Source of the DNA: an uncultured Planctomycetaceae bacterium | Lineage (GTDB): Bacteria > Planctomycetota > Planctomycetia > Pirellulales > PALSA-1355 | Reading direction: 5' to 3' | Length of the DNA: 64,000 nucleotides | Assembly (NCBI GenBank): GCA_963715755.1 | Contig: OY970273.1 | Location: forward strand, 86,028-150,027 | Shown here: in pieces, positions 1 to 12,091 of the stretch | Layout of the letters: each line of letters begins with the position of its first letter | How positions within the stretch are numbered: the stretch's first letter is position 1 | Made by a program: the position numbers and the translations under genes | Notes under the pieces: generated by a model | Database searches by the model: none | What the model saw: only the letters and a program-made list of their open reading frames with translations | Told to the model about the DNA's origin: nothing

Positions 1-301
1 GGCCGCTTCGGCCAGGAGAGCCTGATCCCAGGCGTCGAAATCGTGGACGTAGGCCGTCACGGTGGCGCTCGTGGCCTGTCCGGTGGTGCTGCGCGAGCGA
101 TTGCCCGGCAGCCCGCCGAATTGGTTCTGCCCCGACGCCGCGCTGTTGATCCCGCCCAGCGAGGCGGCGCCGCGATCGGGCACGACCACCGTCGTGCTTG
201 TGCCAAAGGATTGAAACGACGGCAATTCGACCACCTGCGCCGCCAGGTTGGCGGCAGTCAGGAGCACCATTGCGCAGCAACTTGCAGCCGGCAGTTTCAT
301 G
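1..301 (-). CDS. secreted hypothetical protein, 5' part only (runs off window start)
   Basis: ATG at 301..299 preceded by GAGAAGGA SD; translation MKLPAASCCAMVLLTAANLAAQVV... is signal-peptide-like; no stop before position 1. Confidence 0.35.
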
Positions 302-390
302 ATCCTTCTCATGCGGCTCGAAGAGGGGTTCATTCTATCGCTGGCCGGCCGGCGGACGCAAATCCTTTTTCGCGAGGGCCGGTTCGCCGG

Positions 391-1383
391 CTAATTCGCT
401 CCCAGACCGGTGATTACTTCCGCGCCCGCCCGCGTGACCAGGGCGTCATACATGCCCGGTGGAGTGGTTTCGTCGATCGGCTGGGCCGAGCCGTCGGCAA
501 ACAGGTGGCAGACCACGCCCGGGTGCATGCTCGAGGGCCCGTACAGCATGTCGATCGAGGAGCTGCCTCCGTAGACATAATAGGGAGTGTAGTTGAGCGA
601 ATTCTCCACGCCGGCATAGCTGGGGGCATTGTTGTCGTCGACGCGGCGCGAGGTGATGCTGGCCGTCGTGGCGTCGATCCACACCGAGGCGTTCTGTTCG
701 CGCGTTTCGGCGATCAGCAACGTGTGGGTGAGCCCGTCGGAGATGTCCTTCAGCCGGGTGCCGGACTGGGGATAGATCGAACCGTCCTGGGTCGGCGGCG
801 TGCCGAAGCTGGGGATCCAATACATCTTGCCGGCCGTCGTCGCTCCCAGCGCCACGTAGTTGCGAATCGCCAGGGTGGGCGAAATGGCCGTGTACTGCGG
901 GTCCTGAGCGTAATCCGGGCCCGCATACGAGGGGCAGCGGTACAGCGAGATCACCTGGGCGCCGGCGGGCAGGTTGGCCGGATCGAGCGCCGGCAGATCG
1001 AAGCGCACCAGGTGCTGCAAATTCGACTCTTCCAACTGGGGCAGGATCATGGTCGCCCAGCCGTGCAGCAGCTTGACCGGCGGAGCATTCCAATTCCAAA
1101 CACCGTCGACCACCGGCGTCGTGCTGCTGGGCGGCAGGCGGCCGAACGTGTCGTGATAGTTGTGCAGCGCCAGGCCAATTTGCTTGAGGTTGCTGAGGCA
1201 TTGCAGCCGCCGGGCCGCTTCGCGCCCCGCCTGGACCGCCGGCAGCAACAGCGCGACCAGCAAGCCGATGATCGCCATCACGACCAGCAGCTCGACGAGG
1301 GTGAAACCTCGCCACCAGCCTGCGGCATGATTCCTAATGCGCGAAGGATTACCGAGTCGGCGCGCCCGAGCACGATCGTTCAT
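391..1383 (-). CDS. DUF1559 / H-X9-DG protein with prepilin-type N-terminal cleavage/methylation segment
   Basis: N-terminus GFTLVELLVVMAIIGLL (type IV pilin-like leader); C-terminal HPGVVCHLFADGS = H-X9-DG motif; planctomycete hallmark family; ATG at 1383 overlaps stop of upstream LRR gene (ATGA). Confidence 0.85.
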   Translation of the reverse strand: MNDRARARRLGNPSRIRNHAAGWWRGFTLVELLVVMAIIGLLVALLLPAVQAGREAARRLQCLSNLKQIGLALHNYHDTFGRLPPSSTTPVVDGVWNWNAPPVKLLHGWATMILPQLEESNLQHLVRFDLPALDPANLPAGAQVISLYRCPSYAGPDYAQDPQYTAISPTLAIRNYVALGATTAGKMYWIPSFGTPPTQDGSIYPQSGTRLKDISDGLTHTLLIAETREQNASVWIDATTASITSRRVDDNNAPSYAGVENSLNYTPYYVYGGSSSIDMLYGPSSMHPGVVCHLFADGSAQPIDETTPPGMYDALVTRAGAEVITGLGAN

Positions 1384-1985
1384 GGCCGGGCTCCCTGGCC
1401 GGACTCGATCTGAATCGCAGCCGTGGGCAATTGGCGGCGGAGCGTGCTGACGGCAGCGGGCGTGAGCCGGGTCCGCAGCAGGATCAGCTGCTTCAGGTGC
1501 GTCATCCGCTGGAGATATTCGACGCTGGCGTCGGTCAGCGGAGTCTCGATGAGGTACAACTCTTCGAGCGCGGGCAAGTCGACCAGGTACGCCAGGCCGG
1601 AATCCGAAATCTTGGTCAGATTCAGATTCAGTTTTTTCAGGCTAGGGATATTGCGCAGCACTTTGAGCCCCCGGTCGGTAGTCGCCGTGCCGCTGAGATT
1701 GAGCGTCTGCAGTTGGGCCAGAGACGCGAGCCGCTCCAGGTCGGAATCGGTGGCGGAAGTGCGGCTAAGGTCGACCTCGACGACCGCGCGATCGGCCGCC
1801 TGGCCGGCGAATTTGACCTTGCCATTCAGGCGTTCGACGGCGGCGGCGGCTTTTTGGTCGGTCGTGTGCTTGCAGCCGGCGAGCGCAGCCGCGATCAAGA
1901 GTATCCCGGCAAGCCCGATACGGCCGCACTTCCGGCTTGCCCGGTGCGGCGCGCGGGCCGCCGCGCCCTGGCTCCGTGCGAACAT
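1380..1985 (-). CDS. leucine-rich-repeat lipoprotein
   Basis: lipobox-like LAGILLIAAALAGC; repeated LxxLxLxxT LRR units (LQTLNLSGTATTD, LKKLNLNLTKISD, LEELYLIETPLTD). Confidence 0.7.
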   Translation of the reverse strand: MFARSQGAAARAPHRASRKCGRIGLAGILLIAAALAGCKHTTDQKAAAAVERLNGKVKFAGQAADRAVVEVDLSRTSATDSDLERLASLAQLQTLNLSGTATTDRGLKVLRNIPSLKKLNLNLTKISDSGLAYLVDLPALEELYLIETPLTDASVEYLQRMTHLKQLILLRTRLTPAAVSTLRRQLPTAAIQIESGQGARP

Positions 1986-2170
1986 GCTTCCCTCCTGCCG
2001 GCGCGCCCGCGGGCAGCGCTGGGAATGCGCTGCGCGCTACCTGGCCAGGTCGGCGCGCCGTCTGCCCCTGATGGTGACGCTGTTCCTGATGGTGACGCTG
2101 CGACTTGATGACGCCGCTGCGGACCTGGGCGCATTCTACGCCATCGGCCGCGAACGGTCGAATGGCTGCA

Positions 2171-3802
2171 TCAGGGCTCGTCTTCGCGGATCGTGATCAG
2201 CCGATCGGCCGCCACGTGGTGCCGGACAGTGCGCTGTCCGCTGGGCCAGATGATTTCCAGCGTCTCGACTTCGGCCGCCGGGCCCAGTCCAAAGTGCAGT
2301 TCCAGGGCGCTTTGCGACAGGTAGGTCGAGCCGCTGCGCAGCTCGCGGAGCTGGGTCTTGCCGGCGGCGGTGACGATGGCCCGGGCGCTGATGGCCGGGC
2401 TGCCGTGCCGGTTGAGCAAGCGGAGTTTCAGCCAATGGCCCGAGCGGCGGGTGTCGTTGCGCAGCAGCAAGGGCGCGCGGTCGATGGCCGTGATCAGCAA
2501 GTCCAGGTCCCCGTCGTTGTCGATGTCGCCCAGGGCCAAACCGCGGGCCGACACGGCCAGGGAGCCGAGCCCGGCCAGGGTGGAAATGTCGCCCAGCCGT
2601 CCGGCATCGTTGCGGAGCAAAGTGGGCGGGCTGCAGTAGCGTTCGTCGAGCGAGGGTTCGGCGTCGACCTGGGGATAGATATGGCCGTTGCAGATCAATA
2701 TGTCCAGGTCGGCATCCTGGTCGAAATCGAACAGCGCGCAGCCCCATTTCACGGCGTCGTAGGTCAGCTCTTTGAGCCGCAGCTGGCTGCTGGCGTCGGT
2801 GAAGAACAGGTCGCCGTCGTTGTGGTAGAACGTGGCGTAGTCCTTGGCAAAATTAGTGACGAGCATGTCCTGCAGGCCGTCGCCGTCGAAGTCGGCGGCG
2901 TCGACCCCCATACCGGCCTGGGCTTTGCCTTCGGCACTGACGCCGGCCCCGCTCCAGGCGCCGATCTCGCTGAACTTGCCGTTGCCGTCGTTGCGATAGA
3001 GGTAATGGACGTTGGAGTCGTTGGCGACGTACACGTCGACGTCGCCGTCGCCGTCCAGGTCAGAGGCCAGGACGCCCAGTCCATAGGCTTCGGCCGTGTC
3101 GGTCATGCCCACTTCGGCGGTCGCGTCGACGAACGTGCCGTCGCCGCGATTGTGGAAGAAGTGGTCGTGGCCGCCGCGCAGTCCGAACGGGCCGACCATC
3201 ACCTTGACCTTGTCGCGCCAAGTATTGGTGCGCTGGCCGGCGAGCACCTCCGGCAGCGTGCAAGCCACGTAGTTGGCGACGTACAGGTCCAGGTGGCCGT
3301 CTCGGTCGGCGTCGAAAAAGGCCGCTCCGGCGCCCCAGCCCGGGTCGGCCACACCGGCCTGCTCACCGACTTCCTCGAACGTGCCGTCGCCACGATTGCG
3401 GTAGAGCGCGTTGAGGCCGAAATTGGTGACGTACAGGTCGACGTGTCCGTCGTTGTCGTAGTCGGCCGCACAGACGCCGCAGCCCCAGCGATCGGAGGCC
3501 AGCCGGGCGCGCTCGGTCACATCCTCGAACCGGCCCGCGCCGAGGTTGCGATATAATTTGTTGCTGCCGCGCTCTTCGATCGAAGGCGGATTCTCCGCGA
3601 GACCCCAGGCGTTGACCACGAACACGTCGAGCCAGCCGTCTTCGTCATAGTCCAGCAGTGCGCAGCCCGACCCGGTCGACTCGAGCAGATGATTCTTGTT
3701 CGGACCGCCGCACAGGAGCCGGACCGACAAGCCGGCCTCGGGCGAAATGTCGGCGAATGCCGGCTCGGGCGCCAGCGGCGCGCCGCCGGCGGCAGCGGTC
3801 AC
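2171..3802 (-). CDS. CRTAC1-family protein (FG-GAP/ASPIC-UnbV beta-propeller); true N-terminus probably upstream (to ~3962) across a frameshift
   Basis: repeated DxDxDGxxD FG-GAP motifs and C-terminal UnbV/ASPIC-like segment; in-frame upstream region encodes signal-like FAAAQLLCAALCSSLGSCS without a start codon, while ATG at 3962 (MTAS...) lies 1 nt out of frame. Confidence 0.8.
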   Translation of the reverse strand: MTAAAGGAPLAPEPAFADISPEAGLSVRLLCGGPNKNHLLESTGSGCALLDYDEDGWLDVFVVNAWGLAENPPSIEERGSNKLYRNLGAGRFEDVTERARLASDRWGCGVCAADYDNDGHVDLYVTNFGLNALYRNRGDGTFEEVGEQAGVADPGWGAGAAFFDADRDGHLDLYVANYVACTLPEVLAGQRTNTWRDKVKVMVGPFGLRGGHDHFFHNRGDGTFVDATAEVGMTDTAEAYGLGVLASDLDGDGDVDVYVANDSNVHYLYRNDGNGKFSEIGAWSGAGVSAEGKAQAGMGVDAADFDGDGLQDMLVTNFAKDYATFYHNDGDLFFTDASSQLRLKELTYDAVKWGCALFDFDQDADLDILICNGHIYPQVDAEPSLDERYCSPPTLLRNDAGRLGDISTLAGLGSLAVSARGLALGDIDNDGDLDLLITAIDRAPLLLRNDTRRSGHWLKLRLLNRHGSPAISARAIVTAAGKTQLRELRSGSTYLSQSALELHFGLGPAAEVETLEIIWPSGQRTVRHHVAADRLITIREDEP

Positions 3803-3972
3803 CGGACCCGCCGGGGCTGGAGTTGCCGCGGACGAGCCCGTGGGGGCCGTCGCCGCAGCCGGTCCGCGCGCGGAGCCGGAGGGCGAGCAGGAGCCGAGCG
3901 AAGAGCAAAGCGCCGCTGCGCACAGGAGCTGCGCAGCGGCGAATGAGACTGGAAGCCGTCATGGCTTCATTG

Positions 3973-4506
3973 TTACTTGCCCGCCATGCTCTTGTCGAAC
4001 AGGCCGGCGAGTTCCTTTTCGACGGCGCCGATCTGAGCGGCGGTCGCCTTGGGGCCGAGTTGGGCGATCTTCTTGGCCAGCGCCAGCAGTTCCTTCTTCT
4101 CCTTGCTGTCGATGTACATGAAGTCTTCCTTGGTATCGGCGTCCGAGTTGTGCGTGTGCCCGGCCTTCGACAAGCGCTGCCGAATCGCCTGGACCCGCTT
4201 GTCTCCTTCGTTGGCGATGTTGGTCACTTCGGCGGCGGCGGCTTCGAGATGCTTCACTCGGCCGGCGGCATCGCTTTCCGATTTTTTCAGGTGATCCTGA
4301 GCAGCCTGGCAATAGCCACCCAGGATCTCGGCCACCAGGCTGTCTTCCGTGGCGCGGATGGCAATGATGGCGGTGGCCAACTGCTCGTAGGCGGCGGCAC
4401 CGGCGGCGGCTCGATCGGAGAGCGTTTCGCTCGGCGTGTCGGCAGCCGTCGCCGCGGCTGCCGTTGAACTGACAATGAGCACCAGGGCGGCCAAAGTTTT
4501 GCGCAT
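3973..4506 (-). CDS. secreted hypothetical protein
   Basis: ATG at 4506, signal peptide MRKTLAALVLIVSSTAAAATAA, helical Ala/Glu/Lys-rich body. Confidence 0.5.
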   Translation of the reverse strand: MRKTLAALVLIVSSTAAAATAADTPSETLSDRAAAGAAAYEQLATAIIAIRATEDSLVAEILGGYCQAAQDHLKKSESDAAGRVKHLEAAAAEVTNIANEGDKRVQAIRQRLSKAGHTHNSDADTKEDFMYIDSKEKKELLALAKKIAQLGPKATAAQIGAVEKELAGLFDKSMAGK

Positions 4507-4704
4507 GGTTCGTACTCCGGACAGGGAAAGGGGTGTAGACGGGAGGCGCGAAAGGTATACCGCACTTGAATGCAACCAACAAGCCGCCGGCGGACGCAAG
4601 GCCGTCGAAGCGCCGGCTGCATGCGCGACGCAACCGACCGCCACGAGGCGGATCGAGGCCCGGCGGCGAATCCCGATGTTTTTTGCAATAACCGTTCGTT
4701 TTTC

Positions 4705-4733
4705 TTGACAGCCAGACGCAAGCTGGCTAAACT
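4705..4733 (+). promoter_or_regulatory. sigma70-like promoter candidate (TTGACA-N17-TAAACT)
   Basis: tcTTGACAgccagacgcaagctggcTAAACTcg read directly; ~80 nt upstream of the ORF starting 4815. Confidence 0.3.
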
Positions 4734-4814
4734 CGACCGAGTGCCCCGCAATGGGGGCGGGACCGGGTTGCGCGAAAAACGCGAAGATTGCCGATTATTT
4801 AGCGGCGTTTGAGC

Positions 4815-5216
4815 ATGTTTGCCCGCAGATTCCAACTGATTGTCCTGGTGCTCTTCGTCGTTCTGGCGATTGGGCTGGGGACGCGCCGCGCGAGCGCTTC
4901 GTGCGGCGATTACGTGATGATCGGCGGGCATCATGCCGCCGACCACGCAGCGCCGGCGGCACCGGATGCGCCCTCGAAAGGCCCCGCCCGCGAGCAGGTG
5001 CCCTGTCCCTGCCGGGGTGCCGAGTGTTCGCGTTTGCCGGCATCGCCATCGGCACCGGCACCCGTCCGCGTCGAGCCGGGGCGCGAGAACCTGCTGGGCG
5101 CTAGTCCCATGCAGCCTGGCGCGACGCGCGGCCGCGAGAGCCTGTGCCTCGAACCGGCAAGACTCGCTTTGAGATTCTCTCCGGCGGATATCTTCCGCCC
5201 ACCGCAGTCGGCCTGA
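4815..5216 (+). CDS. hypothetical small secreted Cys/His-containing protein
   Basis: MFARRFQLIVLVLFVVLAIGLG signal/TM then HHAADH and CPCRGAEC motifs; compositionally weak, low support. Confidence 0.25.
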   Translation: MFARRFQLIVLVLFVVLAIGLGTRRASASCGDYVMIGGHHAADHAAPAAPDAPSKGPAREQVPCPCRGAECSRLPASPSAPAPVRVEPGRENLLGASPMQPGATRGRESLCLEPARLALRFSPADIFRPPQSA

Positions 5217-5504
5217 CAGGCCGGCGGATGGTCCGCTCCTGCGCTTGATCGTCGGCGATCGACGACGCGCGCGTTTGCAGCCCTGCTGGCCGAAAGCGTG
5301 CTGCTGCGGCTTGGGTTCTTGTAGTCTCCTGGCGGATGATGCGCCCTGTGGCGCGGCAGTCCGCCCGAGCGAATCCCAGTCGACCGGCAGCGCCTGACCG
5401 AGGGTGAATGCGTGCGCAGCGAGCGCGTCCCGTGGCGGACGGCCGTCTGGCGCGGGAACTGACCCAATTCATTTGCAATCTCAATTCGCGGAGATATACC
5501 GACC

Positions 5505-5774
5505 ATGAAATGCGGAAAATACGGCTATCGAACGGCGGAAAGCGGCCGGGGTCTCGTGCCCGATCCGGCAGAACAGCGCACTCTGGCCTTCGTGCGCCAA
5601 TTGCGGCAAGAAGGCAAACCGTACAAGCAAATCGCGCTGGAGCTGAAGCGGCGGGACATTTTGACCCGCACCGGCCGCACCTGGACCGAGAGGAATTTGA
5701 TCAGCTTGCTGAACAATTCCTTGATCAATGTTTCCTGGCAGATGCCGGAGTATTCGCCGGCGGCCTGTTCCTGA
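5505..5774 (+). pseudogene. remnant of a large serine recombinase (internal Recombinase-domain fragment only)
   Basis: GKYGYRTAESGRGLVPDPAEQRTLAFVRQLRQEGKPYKQIALELKRRDILTRTGRTWTERNLISLLNN matches the Recombinase domain that follows the resolvase catalytic domain; no catalytic N-terminal domain upstream; local G+C clearly lower than flanks. Confidence 0.55.
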
Positions 5775-6019
5775 GCAGCGCCTTGCCGCGGGCGTTTGTT
5801 TCGTCGACGAGGTGGCTAGCTCCGCTGCGTGGGTTGGCGACGGCGCCGAAATCGCGCTAACTCGGTTTTGGTTGCGATGTTCCGCGCCGCAAACCTGGCT
5901 GCGGCGAACGTGGCACCGTTGCCGGCCCACGACAGACTTGTCGGCGCCGGCTACAATTCCCTGCACATCGAGCGTCCTGCGTCGGCGCACGGCTCGACTC
6001 GTGGCAGGCAGGTCCGGCA

Positions 6020-6615
6020 GTGGAATTGAATCGCCGCAAGCGAAAACCCAAGCCGGTGATCGGCTGGCGTGAGTGGCTGTCGCTCTCGGTGCCGGGTATT
6101 CCCGCGATCAAGGCCAAGGTCGACACCGGGGCCCGGAGTTCGGCCTTGCACGCTTTCGACGTGGAGATCTTCTCGCGCGAGGGCGCGAGATGGTCCGCTT
6201 CAAGGTGCACCCCTTCCAGCGCGACAAGACCCACGCGCTGGAATGCGTGGCCGAACTGTACGATCGGCGGACCGTGCGCAGCTCGGCCGGGCACGAAAGC
6301 ATCCGGCCGGTGATCCTGGCCCAGGTCGAGCTGGGGGGCCAAGAGTGGCAGATCGAGCTGACGCTCACTCGCCGCGACGCGATGGGCTTTCGCATGCTAC
6401 TCGGCCGGCAGGCCATCCGCCGGCGCTTCCGGGTCGATCCGGGCCGATCGTACCTGGTCAGTCGAGCCCTGGCCGATCAGGCCAGGCAGCTGCGCCGCGC
6501 GCGACCGGAGACTGCCGGTCCGGCCGGCGGCAATCCGCCCGCTACCCAGCGACCCGATATCCAGCGACCCGATCCCCAGCAGCAGGGGGCCCAGCTGCCG
6601 AGGAATCCCGGATGA
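6020..6615 (+). CDS. RimK-associated retropepsin-like protease (putative ATP-dependent zinc protease family), split by a 1-nt frameshift near 6190
   Basis: frame 2 [58 protein letters not shown] continues in frame 1 as [28 protein letters not shown]...; family normally sits immediately upstream of rimK. Confidence 0.7.
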
Positions 6616-7517
6616 AGATCGCGATCCTGAGTCAGAAGGCCTCGTTGTACTCGACGCGGCGTTTGAAAGAGGCGGGCACCGAGCGCGGCCACGAAATGCA
6701 CGTGGTCAACTACTTGCGCTGTTACATGAACATCACGTCGCACAAGCCCGCGGTGATCAACCAGGGCACGCCGCTCGAGGGCTTCGACGCGGTGATCCCG
6801 CGAATCGGCGCCTCGAAAACCTTCTACGGCACGGCCGTGGTCCGGCAATTCGAGATGATGGGCGTCTTCTCGGCGAACGAGTCGCAGGCCATCACCCGCT
6901 CGCGCGACAAGCTGCGCTGCCTGCAGCTGTTGGCCCGGCAGGGCATCGGGCTGCCGGTGACCGGGTTTGCCAATTCGACCAAGGACATCGACGGCCTGAT
7001 CAGCACGGTGGGCGGAGCGCCGCTGGTGGTGAAACTGCTGGAAGGGACCCAGGGCATCGGCGTGATCCTGGCCGAAACCAACAACGCGGCCGAGGCCGTG
7101 ATCGAGGCCTTTCGCGGCCTGGACGCAAACATCCTGGTGCAGGAATTCATCAAAGAGGCGGGCGGCTCGGACATTCGCGTGCTGGTTGTCGGCCAGAAAG
7201 TCGTGGCCGCCATGCGCCGCACGGCCGTGGCCGGCGAGTTCCGCTCGAACCTGCATCGCGGCGGCACGGCCGAACGCGTCAAGCTCACGCCCGAGGAGCG
7301 CAGCACCGCGGTGCGGGCCGCCAAGACGATGGGCCTGAACGTGGCGGGCGTCGACCTGCTGCGCTCCAATCACGGGCCGGTGGTGATGGAGGTCAATTCA
7401 TCGCCCGGGCTCGAAGGCATCGAGAAGGCTACGCACGTCGACGTGGCCGGCGCCGTGATCCGCTTTTTAGAAAAGAAAGCGGTCAAAGGCCAGACGAAGG
7501 ACCGCGTGAAAGGGTAG
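6612..7517 (+). CDS. rimK: ribosomal protein S6--L-glutamate ligase RimK (ATP-grasp)
   Basis: [18 protein letters not shown]..., ATP-grasp core, ATG at 6612 overlapping upstream stop; the ORF-track N-terminal extension is out-of-frame overlap. Confidence 0.9.
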   Translation: MKIAILSQKASLYSTRRLKEAGTERGHEMHVVNYLRCYMNITSHKPAVINQGTPLEGFDAVIPRIGASKTFYGTAVVRQFEMMGVFSANESQAITRSRDKLRCLQLLARQGIGLPVTGFANSTKDIDGLISTVGGAPLVVKLLEGTQGIGVILAETNNAAEAVIEAFRGLDANILVQEFIKEAGGSDIRVLVVGQKVVAAMRRTAVAGEFRSNLHRGGTAERVKLTPEERSTAVRAAKTMGLNVAGVDLLRSNHGPVVMEVNSSPGLEGIEKATHVDVAGAVIRFLEKKAVKGQTKDRVKG

Positions 7518-7568
7518 GGGGGCCAGGGTCGCTGCTGCGCCGGCCGATCGCCTCGATCTGCCGCCCGC

Positions 7569-9037
<1,469 letters not shown>

Positions 9038-9040
9038 GAT

Positions 9041-11729
9041 TCAGTCCAGAAATACGAATTCGTTCGAGAGCAGGAGCACCTGTGCGAGCCGAGTCCAGGA
9101 ATCCATCGCGGGGGGCAGCGGACCATGGAAGTCGGTCTCGGCGTTCCAATGATCGGTCGGCAGAGCTTGCCCAGCGGCGGCAGCAGGTGCGCCAGCGGCA
9201 GGGGCAAGATGCAGCTTGGGCGCCCAGCGGAACGAGTCGTAATTGTCGTTGGCCCGCGGATCGACGATGAAGTCGATGGTGTCTCCCCGTTCCACCGCGA
9301 CGTTCTCGACATGCGTGTCTTGCCGGTTGTGCGCCACCGTCCAGCGGCCCAGTACGCCGTGCCGACTCGAGCGGGCAATTGCCTCGACGCCATCGCCCTG
9401 GGCATTGCCGTGTTCGGCTACACCGTCGATCGTCACGCTGCCGGCGGCCGGGGCCGTCCAGCGGCGGACCACCGCCTGTGAGACGCCGGGATGCCCGCCC
9501 GTGGCATTGAGCCCGACGTACGACATTTTCGGATCGGGATACTGAGGCCCGAACTGCCAATGGGTGCCGCTGAAATGGGCCAGGTCCGTGTAGCCGGTCA
9601 GCTGGTCGGCGGCCCGATCCCAGGTGCCATAGCCGTACCGCCAGGCGGGCGCCAAAGGGGCCCGAGCCGCCTCGCCGGCCAGGTAATCCTGGGCCAGCTG
9701 CGCTTCATCGGCCGCCGGCATTCGGCCCAGCGCGCCGGTACAGCCGGGCAATCCGCTCGCGCGGCTGTGCCTGCGCGCTCTGCGCGGCCGGCTCCTGAGT
9801 TGCCGCCGCCAGCAAGCGGGCCTGTTCGGCCACGAACCGGCTATTCATCAGGAACAGGGCCTGCTGGGGCACGGTGGTCACGAACCGCTGCGGGCTGTGC
9901 GTGTCGGGCCCGGCAAAATCGAAGGTGCGAAACATGCCCGGCAGGTTTTGCCGTTCGACCAGCCCGTAGATTGTCCGCCGATGCGTGAAGGGCTCGGTCG
10001 CCAGGTCCACTGACGGTCCGCCCAAAGTCAGGTCCAGCGCACCGCTGGCCGATAAGAGCGCGTCGCGCATCGCTTCCAGATCCAGGCGGCGGCGATTCAT
10101 GCGCGACAAGAGCCGGTTTTCCGGATCGCGCTGGTCGGCCAGCCGCTGCCGCTGGGCGTCGGACGTGTCGCTCGACTGTCGATAGGTGCTGGACAGCACG
10201 ATTGCCCGGTGCAGCTTCTTCAGCGACCAGCCGTCGTCGATGAAATGCCGGGCGAGCCAGTCCAGCAGCTCCGGATGCGTCGGAGATTCGCTCCGCAAGC
10301 CGAAATCGCTGGGCGTGCGCACCAGCCCCGCGCCGAAGAATTGCTGCCACACCCGATTGACCAGCACCCGGCCCGTCAGCGGGTTGTCGCGGCCGGCGAT
10401 GGCCTGGGCCAGCTCGAGCCGGCCGCTGCCTTGCGAGAACAGGGCCGCATCGGGACCGGCCAGGCAGGTCAGGAAGCGCCGCGGGGCTTCGTCGCCCTGG
10501 TTGCCCGGGTTGCCGCGAATGAATACCCGCACGTTGTGTGGCTGCGGAGCGTCGGCCATCGACATTACTTCGGCCGGCTCCTTGGGCTCGACCGTGCTGG
10601 CGAAGACGCCATAGAGGGCGTAATAGTCCTTGGCCGAGATGGGATCGAACTTATGATCGTGGCAGCGGGCGCAGGTGACCGTGAGCCCCATCGTCGTGCG
10701 GCAGAGCACGTCGAGCCGATCGTCGATGATGTCGGCCTGGTTGTTGAGAAACCGCCGACCCACGGTCAGAAACCCGAGTGCCGCCAGCGCGCCCGGCTCG
10801 CCGGCCGTGGGCAGCCGGTCGGCGGCAATCTGCCGGATCAGAAACTCGTCGTAGGGCATGTCGTCGTTCAGGGCCTTGACCACCCAATCGCGATATTTGT
10901 ACGCGAACGGGTACTTGCGGTCCTCCATGAAGACGTAGCCCTTGGTGTCGGCATAGCGTGCATAGTCGAGCCAGTGCCGGGCCCAGCGCTCGCCGTAAGC
11001 GGGCGCCGCGAGCAGGCGATCGACGACGCGCTCGAAGGCATCGGGCGCCGTGTCGCGCGCGAATTCGTCGATCTGGTCGGCCGTGGGCGGCAGGCCCAGC
11101 AGGTCGAACGACACCCGCCGCAGCCACACGGCCCGCTCGGCGGGGGCCGCCGGCGCTAGGCCCGCGCTTTCCAGTTTCGCCAGGACGAAGGCGTCGAGCG
11201 GCGCGCGGACCCAGGCGGTTTGCCGGACGGCCGGCGGCGGTGGATCCCGTAGCGGCTGAAAGGCCCAGTGCCGTTTCCAGGTATCCGGATCGGCTGCGGC
11301 CGCGTCGGCCGGCGCCGTGGGCCAGGGGAGCCCCAGCTCGATCCACTGGTTCAGCGCGGCCAGCGCCTCGGCCGGCAGCTTGCCGTCGGGAGGCATCTGC
11401 AGGTTTTCGTCGCCGTAGCCGATCGCCGTGGCCAGCTTGCTGGCGCCCACATTGCCCGGCACGACCACCGGCCCGCCGTCGCCGCCGCGGAGCAGACTGG
11501 CCCGGGAATCGAGCCGGAGGCCGGCTTCCTGCTTTTTCGGGCCGTGGCACTTTTGACAATGCTCGACCAGCACGGGGCGAACCCGGCGCTCGAATAGTTC
11601 CAGGCCCTCGGGCGTGGCCGCCGGCGCCTGGGCGGCATTGGGCGGGCCTGCATTGGGCGGTTCGGCTGCCAGCCGCGCTCCGGTAAGCAAGGCCAGACCC
11701 AGAGCGGCGTTGAGCAGGCGACGATTCAT
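9041..11729 (-). CDS. planctomycete cytochrome-c domain protein PSCyt1-PSCyt2(DUF1549)-PSD1(DUF1553), split by a frameshift near 9725
   Basis: signal MNRRLLNAALGLALLTGA, heme-binding CQKCHGPKKQEAGLRLD, DUF1549/DUF1553 body; C-terminal ~230 aa continue in another frame and end in the family-typical LLLSNEFVFLD; classic partner of the adjacent DUF1501 gene. Confidence 0.8.
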
Positions 11730-12091
11730 AGGCTCGATCGCAGGGCGGGCGAGGGGCATTCCCGGCGGGCCGGTTCGTGCGTCCGGCAAAGGGCAGGGCA
11801 GCGGGGGTTGCGGTGGGACGTCGATCGTGGCTGGCAGCTTCGGGGCTGCAACTTCGGGGTGGCAACTTCGGGGTGGCAGCCGCTATCGAGAACAATTATA
11901 TCTGCGCCGGCCGGACCTGGCCAATCGGCCCGGCGCACCCTCCGGGCCGTCCGGGCGGCAAATTGCCCGCTGCCGCTCCCGCGCACAACACACGAGCCGG
12001 GCGGTTGTTACAATGTGGTGCGCGCCGGACGGCGGCCCTCCGGCTGCCATCCGACCGCGCTGGCCTGCTGCCGAGACCGGTTGAGCCGTTC

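Noticed and set aside
43-1413. Long Arg/Gly/Ala-rich ORFs antisense to or out of frame with better-supported genes (e.g. 43..1413 +, 7483..8496 -, 10651..11895 -, 26380..27785 -, 33927..35255 -, 61039..63948 - of 969 aa)
   Set aside because: Typical high-GC artefacts: low-complexity Arg/Pro/Gly composition, complete overlap with genes that have clear family signatures, no recognisable motifs.
6069-7517. 482-aa ORF-track version of rimK
   Set aside because: N-terminal 180 aa are an out-of-frame read through the upstream protease gene; the real RimK start is the ATG at 6612 (MKIAIL...).
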